Part shown: in pieces, positions 37,799 to 50,850 of the stretch | Layout of the letters: every line of letters starts with the position of its first letter | Numbering within the stretch: position 1 is the stretch's first letter | Source: Octopus sinensis | Taxonomy: Eukaryota | DNA length: 64,000 bases | Assembly (NCBI RefSeq): GCF_006345805.1 | Contig: NW_021833447.1 | Span: forward strand, 9,591-73,590 | Direction: 5' to 3' | Translations under genes and position numbers: made by a program | Notes under the pieces: generated by a model | Database searches by the model: none | What the model was told of the DNA's origin: nothing | The model's input: only the letters and a program-made list of their open reading frames with translations

Positions 37799-39402
37799 TG
37801 TATGTATGTATATGTATGTATATATATACACATATATACACATACACACAGTCACTGTATAATATATAAATACGGGGGAGAGAAAGGCGGAAGTGAGAGT
37901 GAGAGGGGGAAAAAAGGGAAACATTGATACGATACTGAGAAATAGTGTATGTGTGTGTGTGTGTGTGCGTGTGTATGTGTGTGTGTGTGTGCGTGTGTAT
38001 GTGTGTGTGTCAGCACGGAGAATAATTCCGTTATTTTTTGATGATTGTTTCAGATAATTCTATTTTTAAAAAGTAGTAAATTCTTTTTTTCTTTTTGAAA
38101 ATAATCATCAGTTTTATTGTAAGAAGCCCTGAGAATAAATGTAGAAGTAGTTAGTTAGTAGTAGTCATTAAAATAAATTATAAATCGAAAAACGGAGAAA
38201 TATGATGATTAATGATTAAGAAGCCGTGTCAATGGTGAAAAGGAGTCGATCACCCTTCCCCCTCGACAATCCCAAACCCCGTCTCCCTAAATGCTATGAA
38301 TACCTAATTGTGTGTCGAGGTATGTGTCCGTCTGCCCATCCTTCTAAATATATATACACTTCTTTATTCATTGAGAATAAACAATTTGCTTAGTAGCAAC
38401 GACCCATAGCAGCCAAAACAACTGGGGAGGGGGCGGGGAGGGGGGATGGAAGGCACACAAAGTTTTTTTGTCAGGCTTCACTGACCACTGAGTGACCATC
38501 GGGACATTTAGTAAATGAAGGAGCCGAACTGTGTTTTTTTCTGTTTGTTTGTGATAGTTGTTGGAGACGGGGAAGGAAAGCATAAATGACGTAGCAGTTA
38601 TTAGCATTAGTCCGTCCGTCGTCGTCGACGATGACCAAGGGCGTTATATAGAGGAGAAAACGGGACACAGTGTGGTCTGTCTGGGCTGTGGCTAATCAGT
38701 TTGATGTACGAGTATGAAAAGTAACCATACACACATACAAAGTCATGATTGTCTTTCAGGGATCGATAAAATAAGTATCACTCAAGTACTAAGACCAATA
38801 GTAGTGACAAACCCCTGACCTCCCAAATTGCTGGCCTTGTGTGTGTGTTGTGTGTGTGTGTATACACAGTACATACATACCTACTTGCATACAAGGATGA
38901 ATAAACGAAGAGTTGTTAAGGGCTGGGTATGATGGGGAAGGAGACGAAGAACAAATGAATAAGAGGGAGAAAGCAAAATGAAAAAGCAAAGGATGGGCCA
39001 ATCTCATGAGTGTTAAGTGTGACCTTTTGACATTTCAGCCTGGCCAACATTGTGCTGCTAAAGAATAGCACTGTAGCATATAGAAGAACTACTGTCAAAA
39101 CACCCGGATCAACAACATCTACTCACCCGTAGAAATTACTACCCCGTTTGTTTTGTATATATATATTTTTTTTTTGTTATCTATTTTGAGGTTACTATTT
39201 TGTCTTTTGAAAAACTTGTTATTGAGTTTTAGATTTTGTTTTTAAATATTGAAAGGTACAGTACTCCACGTGGGGACGGTTAATGATGGATTTGGTGACA
39301 CGCGAGGGCAACGTTGAATTTGTTCTGTGGCTAATATTTTAGGGGTAAGTTGAACCATGTTGAATTTTATTCACATGAAAAAGAATTATTTACCCTTTAT
39401 AA

Positions 39403-39666
39403 ATTACTTGTCTTAGTCATTAGACTACAGCCATGCTGGAACACCACCTTGAAGAATTTTAGTTAAACTTATCGACCCTAGTGCCTAGCCTGGTACTTAT
39501 TCTATCGATTTCTTTTGACGAACCGGTAAGTTATGGGAACATAAACATACCATCACCAGTTGCCAAGCATTGGTGAGGAACATACACACACACAAGTCAA
39601 CCAAAATCCATTCACAAAGCTTCAGTCTTGCCCATGGTGTCACGCAGTGGGACTGAACCCGGAACC
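39403..39666 (-). mobile_element. SINE family B
   Basis: ttacttgtcttagtcattagactacagccatgctggaacacc...cacgcagtgggactgaacccggaacc. Confidence 0.82.
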
Positions 39667-39751
39667 CTACATATGAATTTTTATTAATTATATTTTACAT
39701 TTCAATGAATTCCTAAATCTGAGTGCATTTTTCAATATGTAACACACAATC

Positions 39752-40128
39752 ATGGCTGTTGTAATTAAGATGTCCGATTCATAACCACGCGGTTTCGGAT
39801 TCAACTCAACGCAGGGGTCCTCGGACAAGTGTCTTCTACTATCCCCCCACAGCTCACCAATGTCTTGTGAGCGAATTTGGTAAAAGGAAATGGTGCGCAA
39901 AATCGTCGTATATGTACGTGGACATTCGTGTTTCGTATCTCATTGCTTGACAACCGGTATCAGTTTGTTTATTTCCTTAAAACTTAACAGTTTCGTAAAA
40001 GGAAATCGATAGAACGAATACCAGACTTTATACAACTAATAATGTGGTTGATTTCCTCAACTGGACTCTTCAGGGCAGAGTTGTAACTCGGTCGCAATCC
40101 AATGACAGAAACAAATAAAATAATAAAA
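39752..40128 (+). mobile_element. SINE family B, degenerate
   Basis: aaccacgcggtttcggattcaactc...cggacaagtgtcttctacta...ttgcttgacaaccggt...caatgacagaaacaaataaaa. Confidence 0.8.
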
Positions 40129-40321
40129 TAATGCAGTTTGCCCCGTCAGATCTAAAGTTTAAGGTTCTTTTTTTTTTAAATCCCGTATTCCAAAGGTGTA
40201 CATGAGAGCCCAGTAACCTTTATATGAGACTGAAATATTTCAAATGTAGAAGCAAACGACACCAATAAGATGCATCGAAAAGAAGAACAATTCGTACAAT
40301 TCACATCCCAAGATAATCGAT

Positions 40322-40750
40322 ATTTTGTTAATCTTGGATAACACTATAGAAACAGTTAAATATATTAGTTAGCTTAGGATAGTCTACAACAGTTGGTTAT
40401 AGCATATCGTTAATTAAACTAGGGTGATATTATGTAACAAACATGTTATTAGGTATCTCAAGATAGAAATTATAGAACAGTCAGAACTGTTAGTTAACCT
40501 GGGACAACAATATAGAGCAGATAAACGCGTCATTGGTTTACAGTAACATAGTAAAATAAATTTTACTGTTATTAGTTAATCCGCGATAAAACGATAGAGG
40601 ATATTACTTACACTTGGAGAATAAGTGTACATTTAGACGAGTCATTAGTTAACCCAGGATTAAAATTATGGAGCATTTTACACGGCATTAGTTAACCTAG
40701 GGTAACACTGTAGAGCATATTATAGACGATATAAAATAGACATTAAATGA
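40322..40750. repeat. Degenerate ~42-bp minisatellite with conserved core ATTAGTTAACCYAGGRTAA...ATAGARCA
   Basis: Core variants at about 40325, 40363, 40409, 40448, 40489, 40532, 40571, 40644 and 40687. Confidence 0.75.
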
Positions 40751-40780
40751 CTATCTAGCAATTGCTTCTAATTCTTTAAG

Positions 40781-41178
40781 CTCTTTTACTTGTTTCAGTC
40801 ATTTGACTATGGCCATGCTGGAGCACCGCCTTTAGTCGAGCAAATCGACCCCCAGGACTTATTCTTTGTAAGCCTATTACTTATTCTATCGGTCTCTTTT
40901 GCCGAACTGCTAATGTTACGGGGACGTAAACACACAAGCATCGGTTGTTAAGCGATGTTGGGGGGACAAACACAGACACACAAACATATTCGCACACATA
41001 CGTATATATATACACATATATATACGACGGGCTTCTTTCAGTTTCCGTCTACCAAATCCACTCACAAGGCTTTGGTCGGCCTGAGGCTATAGTAGAAGAC
41101 ACTTGCCCAAGGTGCCACGCAGTGGGACTGAACCCAGAACCATGCAGTTCTTAAGCAAGCTACTTACCACACAGCCAC
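40781..41178 (-). mobile_element. SINE family B, near-intact
   Basis: Complete head, core and tail; nearly identical to 44402-44806. Confidence 0.95.
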
Positions 41179-41214
41179 ACATATCTTTTACAGTTTCTTT
41201 CCGTTATCGACCTA

Positions 41215-41426
41215 TAGTAATCTCCCGCCATTTCGCGGTTCACTATTTAAGATGACGTCGATTCCTCCGTGGTGTCGTTTTGCATTTATAATAAGATAAA
41301 TATATACAAATTATAATAAAATTAATAAAAAAAGATATACTGTATAGTACCGTTTCTACTTCACGGATTTTCACCTATCGCGGGGGTTTTTGGAACGTAA
41401 CATCCGCGATAGTGGAGAGATTACTG
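41215..41426. mobile_element. Tigger/pogo-like MITE
   Basis: Imperfect TIRs tagtaatctcccgccatttcgcgg / ccgcgatagtggagagattactg with TA on both sides; CAGT-type terminus. Confidence 0.8.
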
Positions 41427-43507
41427 TATTGGGAATCTCCAACTTTAAAACAATATATTTATATTCTTGGAAATCTTCCATTTATTTGGGATTCCTCAGT
41501 CAGTTTGGTGCTTGATGTGTTTATGGTTCAGTTACAGACACTCTAATTGCCACTCTCATATTAGAGAGTAAAAATTAATTCGCCTCCATTCAGTAAAATG
41601 CAGCTACACGAAATGAAAAGTCTCACGCAGTTACGTAAGATGGGGAAATGCCGAATCTTACTATAAATCGTCCAATGAAAGTCAATTACCTTCACTACAA
41701 TATGGAAAGACTCGTTCATTTAGAAAAACTCAAGAAGGAAATGTTTTGTTGTTGTTTAACAGAAGTTATGGCTGTCTGAAAAGAAGGAGTAGACGGATTA
41801 TCGACTCTAATATATGGCAGAGAAACTCATTTACTTTGTTGAACCCAGAAGTATGAAAATGTAGTGAACAGGAAAAAAAGCCACAATTTTAGTTACAAAA
41901 CAATTTACAAAAAAAAAAAAAATGTCACATTTTTATTAAAAAAAAAAGGGAATTGTTAAATTAATTTTAAAATATTCTAAGTCACTTATTATTAACTGGC
42001 AGTACATGACTTGTATACAATGACAAACACAATTTATATAACGGCATTACACGTTTGTGAGGGGGAAAATCACGTTTTATTCTATCAAAAAATCACGTTT
42101 TATTTAAAATCTTAAATAAAACTTTGATATATAAGTTATTTAACTGCGTGTATTATAGCATTTTTTTTTCCTGTGAACATTTTTTTTATTTGATTCAAAA
42201 AGCAATGTCGATTCTCTGAAGAAAGTAAATTGTTGAACGTTATTCTAGCATTACTCTAATGTCACAAGCGGAATAAAGAGAATAAAAATAACATTAAAAA
42301 AAAACCCCATTGATTTTTAAGATAGGGACTCGGTTTCAAATTATACCAAGAGTGGATAATTAACTCGATCGAGAGGATGGACTTTGATCAGTTGAAAGTA
42401 CACCACTATTTGGTCATTCCTTGCTGGATCTCTGAAAGATTTGCGCTAACCCAAAACTGCTTAGTCCCTTGTCTGGCCCTAGCGAAGCAATTGTGGCAAT
42501 CCAGGAAATATTAAGAATTCATATTTCAGGATGGAAGGGGAAGTGGGATTCTGAGTCCTTCATGCGTTTTATAAAAGCCAATTGGAAGATCTTTAAAAGT
42601 GAATTAGTTTTTCAAAATAGGACATCGATAACGGACAACAAGTAAAACATATACAACGAACACTTCGATGTTATTGATAAGAGGGACTCGAGGTTTAAGC
42701 CAAGGAGGAATATTTAACGCACATATATACATATGTATACGTGTGTGTGTGTATTTATATATATATACATCAAATATTCATAATACATACATAACGTGTG
42801 TGTGTGTGTGTAGATACACACATATATCATATACACGCATCCGTAAATGGATAAATAGGTAGCAAGGAAGTGAAAGGAAGATGATGAGTGAGAAAAGAAG
42901 GAAAAAAAGGAAGAGAATTGAAGGGAAAGAGAAATAGAAATAGAGAGAGAGAGAGGGAGAGATTCAAGGTTCAGTAGTTAAGAAGTATTAATCTACAGTG
43001 TCATTTCTTCGGCTGTCACTTGCATACACACGCAGACACACACACACGCAGACACTCATCACTTCACCAACACCACCATTATAAACCACCACCGTTTCCA
43101 CCACCACCACAATCCGTCGCTCCCCGGCCGTTCCGTAGGCAACGACGATGACTTCCTCTTTAATTTAGACGTTCATTACACACCTAACAATCATCCTGAC
43201 TCTTGTTATTGCTGTTCTTAATAACAGTTTCCAAGTATTTCAACTGTGAAGTCTTTGGCAGCCAATAGAAATTGTGTGCGCCTCTCCCTATGAGTGTGAC
43301 TGTGTGTGTGTCTATATTATTACACACACACACACACACACACACATGCGAACACACGTTTTTTCTTCTTCTTTCTCCAATAACGATGTCTAAACGAGTA
43401 CATGTACCGTGAAACTCCGAGTAAAGACGCAGCAAATCGTGAAATATGTAAAAAAAAAAAGTTACACCATTAAAGATTCTATTAGCTCTTGCCTGTAGCA
43501 TCGAAAC

Positions 43508-43775
43508 TATCTATCTATCCATCTCTATCTATCTATCTATCCATCTATCTACCTATGTCTATCTATCTATCCATCTATCTACCTATGTCTATCTATCTAT
43601 CCATCTATCTACCTATGTCTATCTATCTATCTATCTACCTACCTACCTGTCTATCTATCTGTTTATCTATCTATCTACCTATCTATCTATCTATCCATCC
43701 ATCTATCTATCTGTTTATCTATCTATCCATCCATCCATCTATCTATCTGTTTATCTATCTATCTATCTATCTATC
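43508..43775. repeat. (TATC)n tetranucleotide satellite with 30-bp higher-order repeat
   Basis: atctatctatccatctatctacctatgtct occurs three times exactly at 43531-43620. Confidence 0.95.
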
Positions 43776-43852
43776 GATAGAGAAAATGAAAACAAGGTGT
43801 ATACATACATGAATACACCTCGCCCCATCCATTTATATACATTCTTTTATTA

Positions 43853-44216
43853 ATTTACTTGTTTCAGTTATTTGACTGCAACCATGCTGGAGCACCGCCT
43901 CGAAGTGTTTTAGTCAAACAAGTTGATAGCAGGATCTTTTTTTTTAAAGCCTAGTACGTATCCTATTGGCTTATTTTGACGAACCGCTAGATTGCGAGGA
44001 CGTAAACATACCAACAGTGGTTATCAAGCGATGATGGGAGGACAAACACAAACACACATAAAGAGCTTCATTCAGTTTCTACCTACCAAATTTCAAAAGG
44101 ATTTGATCAGCCCGAGGGTATTCTAGAAGACATTTGTCCAAAGTGCCGTGCAGTGGGACTGAACCCGGAACCCTGTGGTTGGGAAGCAACCGTCTTACCA
44201 TACAGCTACGCTTGCG
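43853..44216 (-). mobile_element. SINE family B
   Basis: tttacttgtttcagttatttgactgcaaccatgctggagcaccgcc...gcagtgggactgaacccggaacc. Confidence 0.88.
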
Positions 44217-44401
44217 CTTACATATATATGTGTGTGTGTGTATATATATACAAACACATACACCTGTATACATACTCGTACTGTCTTCCTATAAGAGCTT
44301 TCTTAACCTTGACCATTTTGACATATACATGCATGCAGGTGTGTGTGTGTCTTGCCTGTCATTCAAATATCCAGTCCTCATACACACGTTAAACATATAT
44401 A

Positions 44402-44806
44402 CTCTTTTACACTTTTACTTGTTTCAGTCATTTGACTGCGGCCATGCTGGAGCACCGCCTTTAATCGAGCAAATCGACCCCGGGACTTATTCTTTGTAAG
44501 CCCAGTACTTATTCTATCGGTCTCTTTTGCCGAACCGCTAAGTAACGGGGACGTAAACACACCAGCATCGGTTGTCAAGCAATGCTAGGGGGACAAACAC
44601 AGACACACAAACACACACACGCATATATATATATACATATATACGACGGGCTTCTTTCAGTTTCCGTCTACCAAATCCACTCACAAGGCATTGGTCGGCC
44701 CGGGGCTACAGCAGAAGACACTTGCCCAAGATACCACACAGTGGGACTGAACCCGGAACCATGTGGTTGGTTAGCAAGCTACTTACCACACAGCCACTCC
44801 AGCGCC
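44402..44806 (-). mobile_element. SINE family B, near-intact
   Basis: ctcttttacacttttacttgtttcagtcatttgactgcggccatgctggagcaccgcc...cttaccacacagccactccagcgcc. Confidence 0.95.
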
Positions 44807-45164
44807 TATTGTCTTAGGAAATTAAAAACTAAAGGGTTTATTAGTTACATTTGTAGTTTCTTCATTTGATCAAAAAGCTCAACGTTGAACGCCAAAGCCG
44901 GCCGAAAGTTCATCCTACACTCGAATGCTACATCCTGATACAAAGCAGCTGTTGAAGCTGACAACGTATCAGGGATCATTCTTAGACAATACATACAAGA
45001 TAGGGAAGCAAATGTTTTGTATGTATTCTTGTTAAATATTTACAGAGACGTGGGTTTTTACTGATGTAGCATTACAGCTGTCCTTGTTCTGGTCTAATGA
45101 ACCTCCTTGTTTGTTATTTTATTTCAGAATTTATTGGAGCAACTCTCTTCGAAGTCTCATATTG

Positions 45165-45345
45165 TCGTTGAATGCTCGAAATGAGGAGTAGAAAGACCGC
45201 CGACAACTGATGAAGGGTCTTCTCTCTGTCCTTACTTGGCCTGTTCTCCATATTTCCTCTCGTTGTTTACCTATTTAACTCGTTGTTTATGCATTTCGTG
45301 TTATTTGCACCGTTGGTGACGCCTTGTACCCATATATGCATGTAT
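45165..45345 (+). repeat. Short interspersed repeat ending at a (TA)n/(CA)n tract, possibly a Penelope-like terminal repeat
   Basis: gttgaatgctcgaaatgaggagtagaaagaccgccgacaactgatgaagggtc recurs almost identically in reverse at 56333-56386. Looser relatives lie at ~45728-45900 and ~51562-51690. Confidence 0.7.
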
Positions 45346-45404
45346 ATTATATATCTACATGTATACACACACACACACACACATGTATATATATACACCT
45401 TATT

Positions 45405-45705
45405 TTTTTTACATATTTCCGTCATTTTGACTGCGGCCATGCTGGAGTACTGCCTTTAGTTGAACAAACAGGAATTTGTAAGCCTTGTAATTATTTTGCT
45501 GAGCTAATAAGTGATGGGGACGTAAACACTCCAGCATCCGTTGAGAAGCGATGGTGGGGAACGAAGTCACATAAACACAGACACACTCACAAGGTTTTCG
45601 TTGGCGCGGGGATATAGAAGAAAACACTTGTCCAAGGTGCCACACATTGGGACTGAAACTGGAACCATGTGGTTCGCAAGCATGCTTCTTAGCACACAGC
45701 CATGC
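45405..45705 (-). mobile_element. SINE family B with internal deletions
   Basis: gtcattttgactgcggccatgctggag...ggggacgtaaacac...acacttgtccaaggtgccacacattgggactgaaac. Confidence 0.85.
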
Positions 45706-45948
45706 ACGCGACTATATGTATGTATGTAGCGACTGAAGAAGGGGATTTTTCGTTGTGCTTATTGTCCTGTATCTCTCCCTTTTTTTTGCTTGTCTTGTTC
45801 CTTGGTTTGTGTCTGTGTGTTTCGTCTCTCTATGTGTTCGACGTCTTTTTGGTGTCCTGTACACATATATGCGTGTATATGTACATGTAGAGGTAGGTAC
45901 GTACATATATGTTTATATATATGCATATATTCTATTTTATTAACATAT

Positions 45949-46039
<91 letters not shown>

Positions 46040-46717
46040 CACACATATTTATATATACACACAAATATATACATATATATATATATATATATAGTGTTTT
46101 TGTGTATATACAGCATCCAGAGAGGCATGGAGGTCTACAGTAATTGTGTGTGAAATTACGTGTGAATGTTTGCGAGTGTGTCTTCCATGTTTTTCTTCTT
46201 CTCCATAAGTCAATCAAATGAGCGAGATTTGTAAAGATACTGAATTCAAATGTTAACTCCAGTTGACAAATCACTAACCGTGTCTTGACATAAAACTGAT
46301 GTTATTACAAAACAAATCACATGTTTCATAAAAACAACAACAACAACAACAACAACAACAAAACACAACTTTATTCTAATTAGCCTCAAGTCAATTACGC
46401 AATTGCTGTTTATTTTTACTTGTCAGTTTTTTCGTTGTTGTTTGTTTTTTTGTTTTTACATTTTTATTTTTCTCGTTTCATTAATTCTTTTTGTTTCTAT
46501 TTCGTTTTGCCATGTTTGCTCGATTTTCTGTTGAGGCTTTTGTCTTGTCTTCAAGTCTTTCATTTAAAAACCACCACCACAACAACTACTACTACTACTA
46601 CTGCTGCTGTTACCGTTTTTGATGTTGCTGTTGTCCATTCTCAACACATTTGCCATTCCAATAACTTCTAGAATAAATACATTTTCCTGTTTTTTTCCCG
46701 TTTACATTGATCATTAT

Positions 46718-46758
<41 letters not shown>

Positions 46759-47039
46759 TATATATATATATTGGTTATGTCAGTTTGTTATGCTATATGT
46801 TGTTTCTTTCTTTTTTTTTTTCCATTTAACACATATACTCACATTCTTAATTAAAACACGTACGTGTACAGATACATATCTATATAAAGAAACACGTGTT
46901 ATGCATATCTAAAAATGTATACGCGTGTATGTATAATATATATATGCGTGTGTATTCATATGTATACATCCACATCTGTCTAGCTATTATCGACCCGTGT
47001 TTCTCTCCTTCCCTATATATATATATATATATATATATC

Positions 47040-47084
<45 letters not shown>

Positions 47085-47594
47085 TCCATACATAACATAT
47101 CAAAACACATGCTGTTGAATATCTGGTTAACTGAGTACACACAGGATCTCTTTTCGTTCAGGTGTACGACTCACCTACTCTTGTGTGTGTGTGAAACAAC
47201 TATTTACATAGCTCCCTTGTGTGCGTGCGTGTGTGTATATGTAGATATACACACATGCATATATATGTATGTAAGTGGCGGTATTCGAAACACCCCCATG
47301 TGATGTCAAGTCATATCAAAATGGTCTCCTAGTGACGTCACCGTAGACACTGTCTAATGACCTAGGAACAAATTCCTTGTATTGATGATACAACGAACAC
47401 CCTAAAATGACATGTTGAACACAACTTAGCAGAATCGCAATAGTGCGTCGGACAAAATGCATTTCGGTATATTTTTAATGCTCGTATGAGTTTTTACTTT
47501 AGATCCTGTGTTGGTTAAATTTGCCTTCATCTTGTCGGGGTAGCCAGAATAAAGACTTGGACATAATTGGGGGTAGATTTATATTCTTCTAGTG

Positions 47595-47854
47595 CAGTGA
47601 TTCTCATCCGGGGTCTAATGCCCCTTTGGGAATCCATATAAAATTATATTATTAAAATTTCTGTGCAATAAATTGATTATAATTGTACACGATGCAAATA
47701 TTGAAAAAAATTTTTTTTAATGCAATTCTTTAAAATGTTTAATTATAAATATGCGATAGAATTTCTTTTTTAACATTGAATAATTATGAGGGTCCACTCG
47801 AATAAAGACAGGATCAAAGGGGATTCATTAGGAGGAAATGATTGAAAACCTCTG
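47595..47854. mobile_element. hAT/Charlie-like MITE
   Basis: Termini cagtgattctca / ttgaaaacctctg. 8-bp flanks ttctagtg and ctctaatg match at 6/8 and resemble the Charlie NTCTAGAN target preference. Confidence 0.75.
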
Positions 47855-48817
47855 CTCTAATGCATTGCGAATAGTAATAAAATTGTGATAGGAGACAAAA
47901 TAACATGGCGATGCAGTTGTGTTAAAGAAAACTGAGCAAAAGATTAGACGATGACACCTGAGTGTGAATGTTTCAAACTGGAGCTAAGACAACATTTAGG
48001 CAAAGATGTCTTCAGTGAATGTGGACCCAGATTAAACAAGAAGTACAGCAGCAGCGGCACCACCAATACCAGCCGTTCAAGAATTTGGACCTGGAGATCT
48101 CCATTTCCAGCGACTTTGAGGGCCACCTCCCAGTGGTGTCGGGCGTCATCGAATAGCCGTCGACTACAACAAGACGACTAAAGTTGTTTTTTCCCTCAAG
48201 GTCTGGGGTCTCCCGCTCCTAAGCCCTAGACCATTACCTAATCACCAACAGTAGCAGCAGCGGCACCACCACCACCACCAATAACAACAACAAGAACGAC
48301 AGAACACACTCAAAACCATTTCTGAAAACATAGGTCAAGCATTGAGAGTAGGTGGGGTTGGATTAGTAACTCGAACGAGATACCAAGTTTCTGGAAGAAA
48401 TTGGACATAACGGATAGTTGAGGAGAAGCTGAAGAAGGAGGGTAAAGAACAGAGAGATAAAAAGAAACCCCAAAATGGTGCACCTATTGTTTCTGTTGGT
48501 ACGATGGTGGTTATTTGAGGAAATGGTAAATTTCCTATTGTTTTTGTGGGATGTCCTCTAACTGTGATAAAGATGACGATATCTGCGTGTGTGTGCGCAT
48601 GTCTGTGTGTGGGTTGTGGTGTATATATATATTATATATATATCTATATATATAAAAAACTTCTATTAGTGATTAGATTGCTGGCCATGCTGGGGCACGG
48701 CCTTGAGAAATTTTAGTCGAATGTATCGATCCCAGTAATTTTTTTAAGCCTAGTATATTTATATATATAATACGCTTTCAAATGACAGAAAAGAGCACTC
48801 AATAAATGGTCTGATAA

Positions 48818-48874
<57 letters not shown>

Positions 48875-49513
48875 ATGCATACATACCTGGAGGAAAAAAA
48901 ATAAAGAAATTATGTATATGTATTCTGCACAGTTAATGATTCCCCTTTCTCTCACTTTATGTATGTATGTATGTATGTATGTGTGTATATATTCCATTTT
49001 GGCCGTAGCCGCATAGAGGAAAGAACTAGAAAGAAATTATATATATGTGTGTATGTGTGTGTGTATATGTGTGATCATTAAACAGTTAATGATCCCCTAC
49101 TGCATTAGTAAAGCTTCACATAGACAAAGTGTGTCTGAGATCTAGTTATTTGTGTGTGTGTGTGTGTGTGTGTAATGAGTTTATATATAGAGCTCTGGGT
49201 GAAAGTTCAACTAAAGAGACACCACACAGTAGATTTGATAAATAATTTTAGCTTGGGCAAGAAAATAAGGCAGAGGGGTGGGGGGCTGTACAGGGAGAGG
49301 TAAAGGGAAGGAAAGAAAGAAAGGGGAACAGATGTGAAAGAGGTGGGAGGTGGTAAGATGATGTAACAATAGGTCTATTCAGTATGATATATATATATAT
49401 AATATATATATATATATATGGCGGGAGAGATTTAATTTTCGTTTGAATGTAGCAAAATAAATATGTATGTATATATGTGTGTATACCAAGGACTTATATC
49501 TACTCTTAACAGT

Positions 49514-49547
<34 letters not shown>

Positions 49548-49788
49548 GCAATATTCTCACTGAAATATTAAAAGATACCATAATCGTTCTGAATAACAAA
49601 AAATAAAATTCAAACAAAAATACGTTAATGGATGAATGTTGAACACGGCAGATCTGTAGAGAGCTGACACACTCACATATTAATTTGTGTGTGTGTGAAA
49701 TTACTCACAAACGCACACATATATAATATATATATACTATATTGTTTGTATATAATATATAAATTCATATTATATATTATATAGTATG

Positions 49789-49819
<31 letters not shown>

Positions 49820-49872
49820 TATATTGTATGCATATACTATATATGGTATTGTATGTATATTATATATTATGT

Positions 49873-49905
<33 letters not shown>

Positions 49906-50409
49906 TATATTGTATATGTATACATCATGTTGTATATATACACATATATATATATTAGTGTATGTATATCTTATAACATGTGTGGTATATATTATGTATA
50001 TTACATATATACACACGCTCATATGTATATTATATATATATATACACACACACGTATATATTGTACTATATATGTGATATATGTTATGTATATTATATAT
50101 ATAAACATATTACACAGACAAACATACACACACATAACATGTATATGCATGAAAACACTGAGTGCAATACAGTCGGACTTTAATCTGGTGAGCTATACAC
50201 CACCCAGGGATAGGACGCTAGTCCTTCCTCATTCTGCATAATTTAAGAGTAATTGCATAATGAGGCCTGCAATATTTGACTAAAAACTTATTTACATGCA
50301 GGTATTGTGACTCCCAGCAGCCCTACATGTTCTGATAAGAGAATGCAAAAGTGGTTTCCCCATTCATTTCCATCACTAATTTTCATTTTCCTTATTATTT
50401 TCTAAATTT

Positions 50410-50850
50410 TCCTTGTTAGTAATATACCATCTTTTCAGCTGTTGCCAATTCCGAGAGGGTGAGGGCGAGATTCTACCCCAATATTCCACTGGTATTTTGT
50501 TTACTGTCACCCTTTCTACCGTTAACGATAGGCCTTTCGGTAACCTCGGTGGAATTCGATCTGAGAGCACCGGCAGAAATACTGCGAACTATTCTGTCCC
50601 ATGTTCTACGGCCTCTCTTAATGCGCTTCAAGTATTATATTGTGTGTATATATTTCATATATACGATTGTCCCAGTAACATGATAACTGATCGACCACCA
50701 GGTGGCTGATGGACAAAACACCGGATAGAATGCATGGATGAAAGGCAAAGTTGTGTTTGAAGTTAATGTTGTTGAGTTCTAACTATGCCAAAGTTAGCAC
50801 CGCCCTTCATCGTCCCAGGGCCGTTAATGTAAGATACCAAGTGAATACCG
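50410..50850. mobile_element. Two degenerate family-A SINEs, head to head (~50410-50620 minus; ~50720-50850 plus)
   Basis: Minus copy: ctggtattttgttt...acctcggtggaattcgatctgag...gaaatactgcgaa. Plus copy: gttgagttctaac...gcccttcatcgtcccagggccg...aagataccaag. Confidence 0.55.

Noticed and set aside
40322-40750. CRISPR-like repeat-spacer appearance
   Set aside because: Repeats are too degenerate, linkers are short and partly related, there are no cas genes and the context is eukaryotic; treated as a minisatellite.
40945-44869. Recurrent peptides such as DGLLSVSVYQIHSQG and EDTCPRCHAVGLNPEPC suggesting a gene family
   Set aside because: They are translations of family-B SINE copies, not genes.
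45170-45220. Intact type II hammerhead ribozyme in the CGAAA...CTGATGA repeat
   Set aside because: Stems II and III and the NUH triplet cannot be formed in either copy; kept only as a repeat-family observation.
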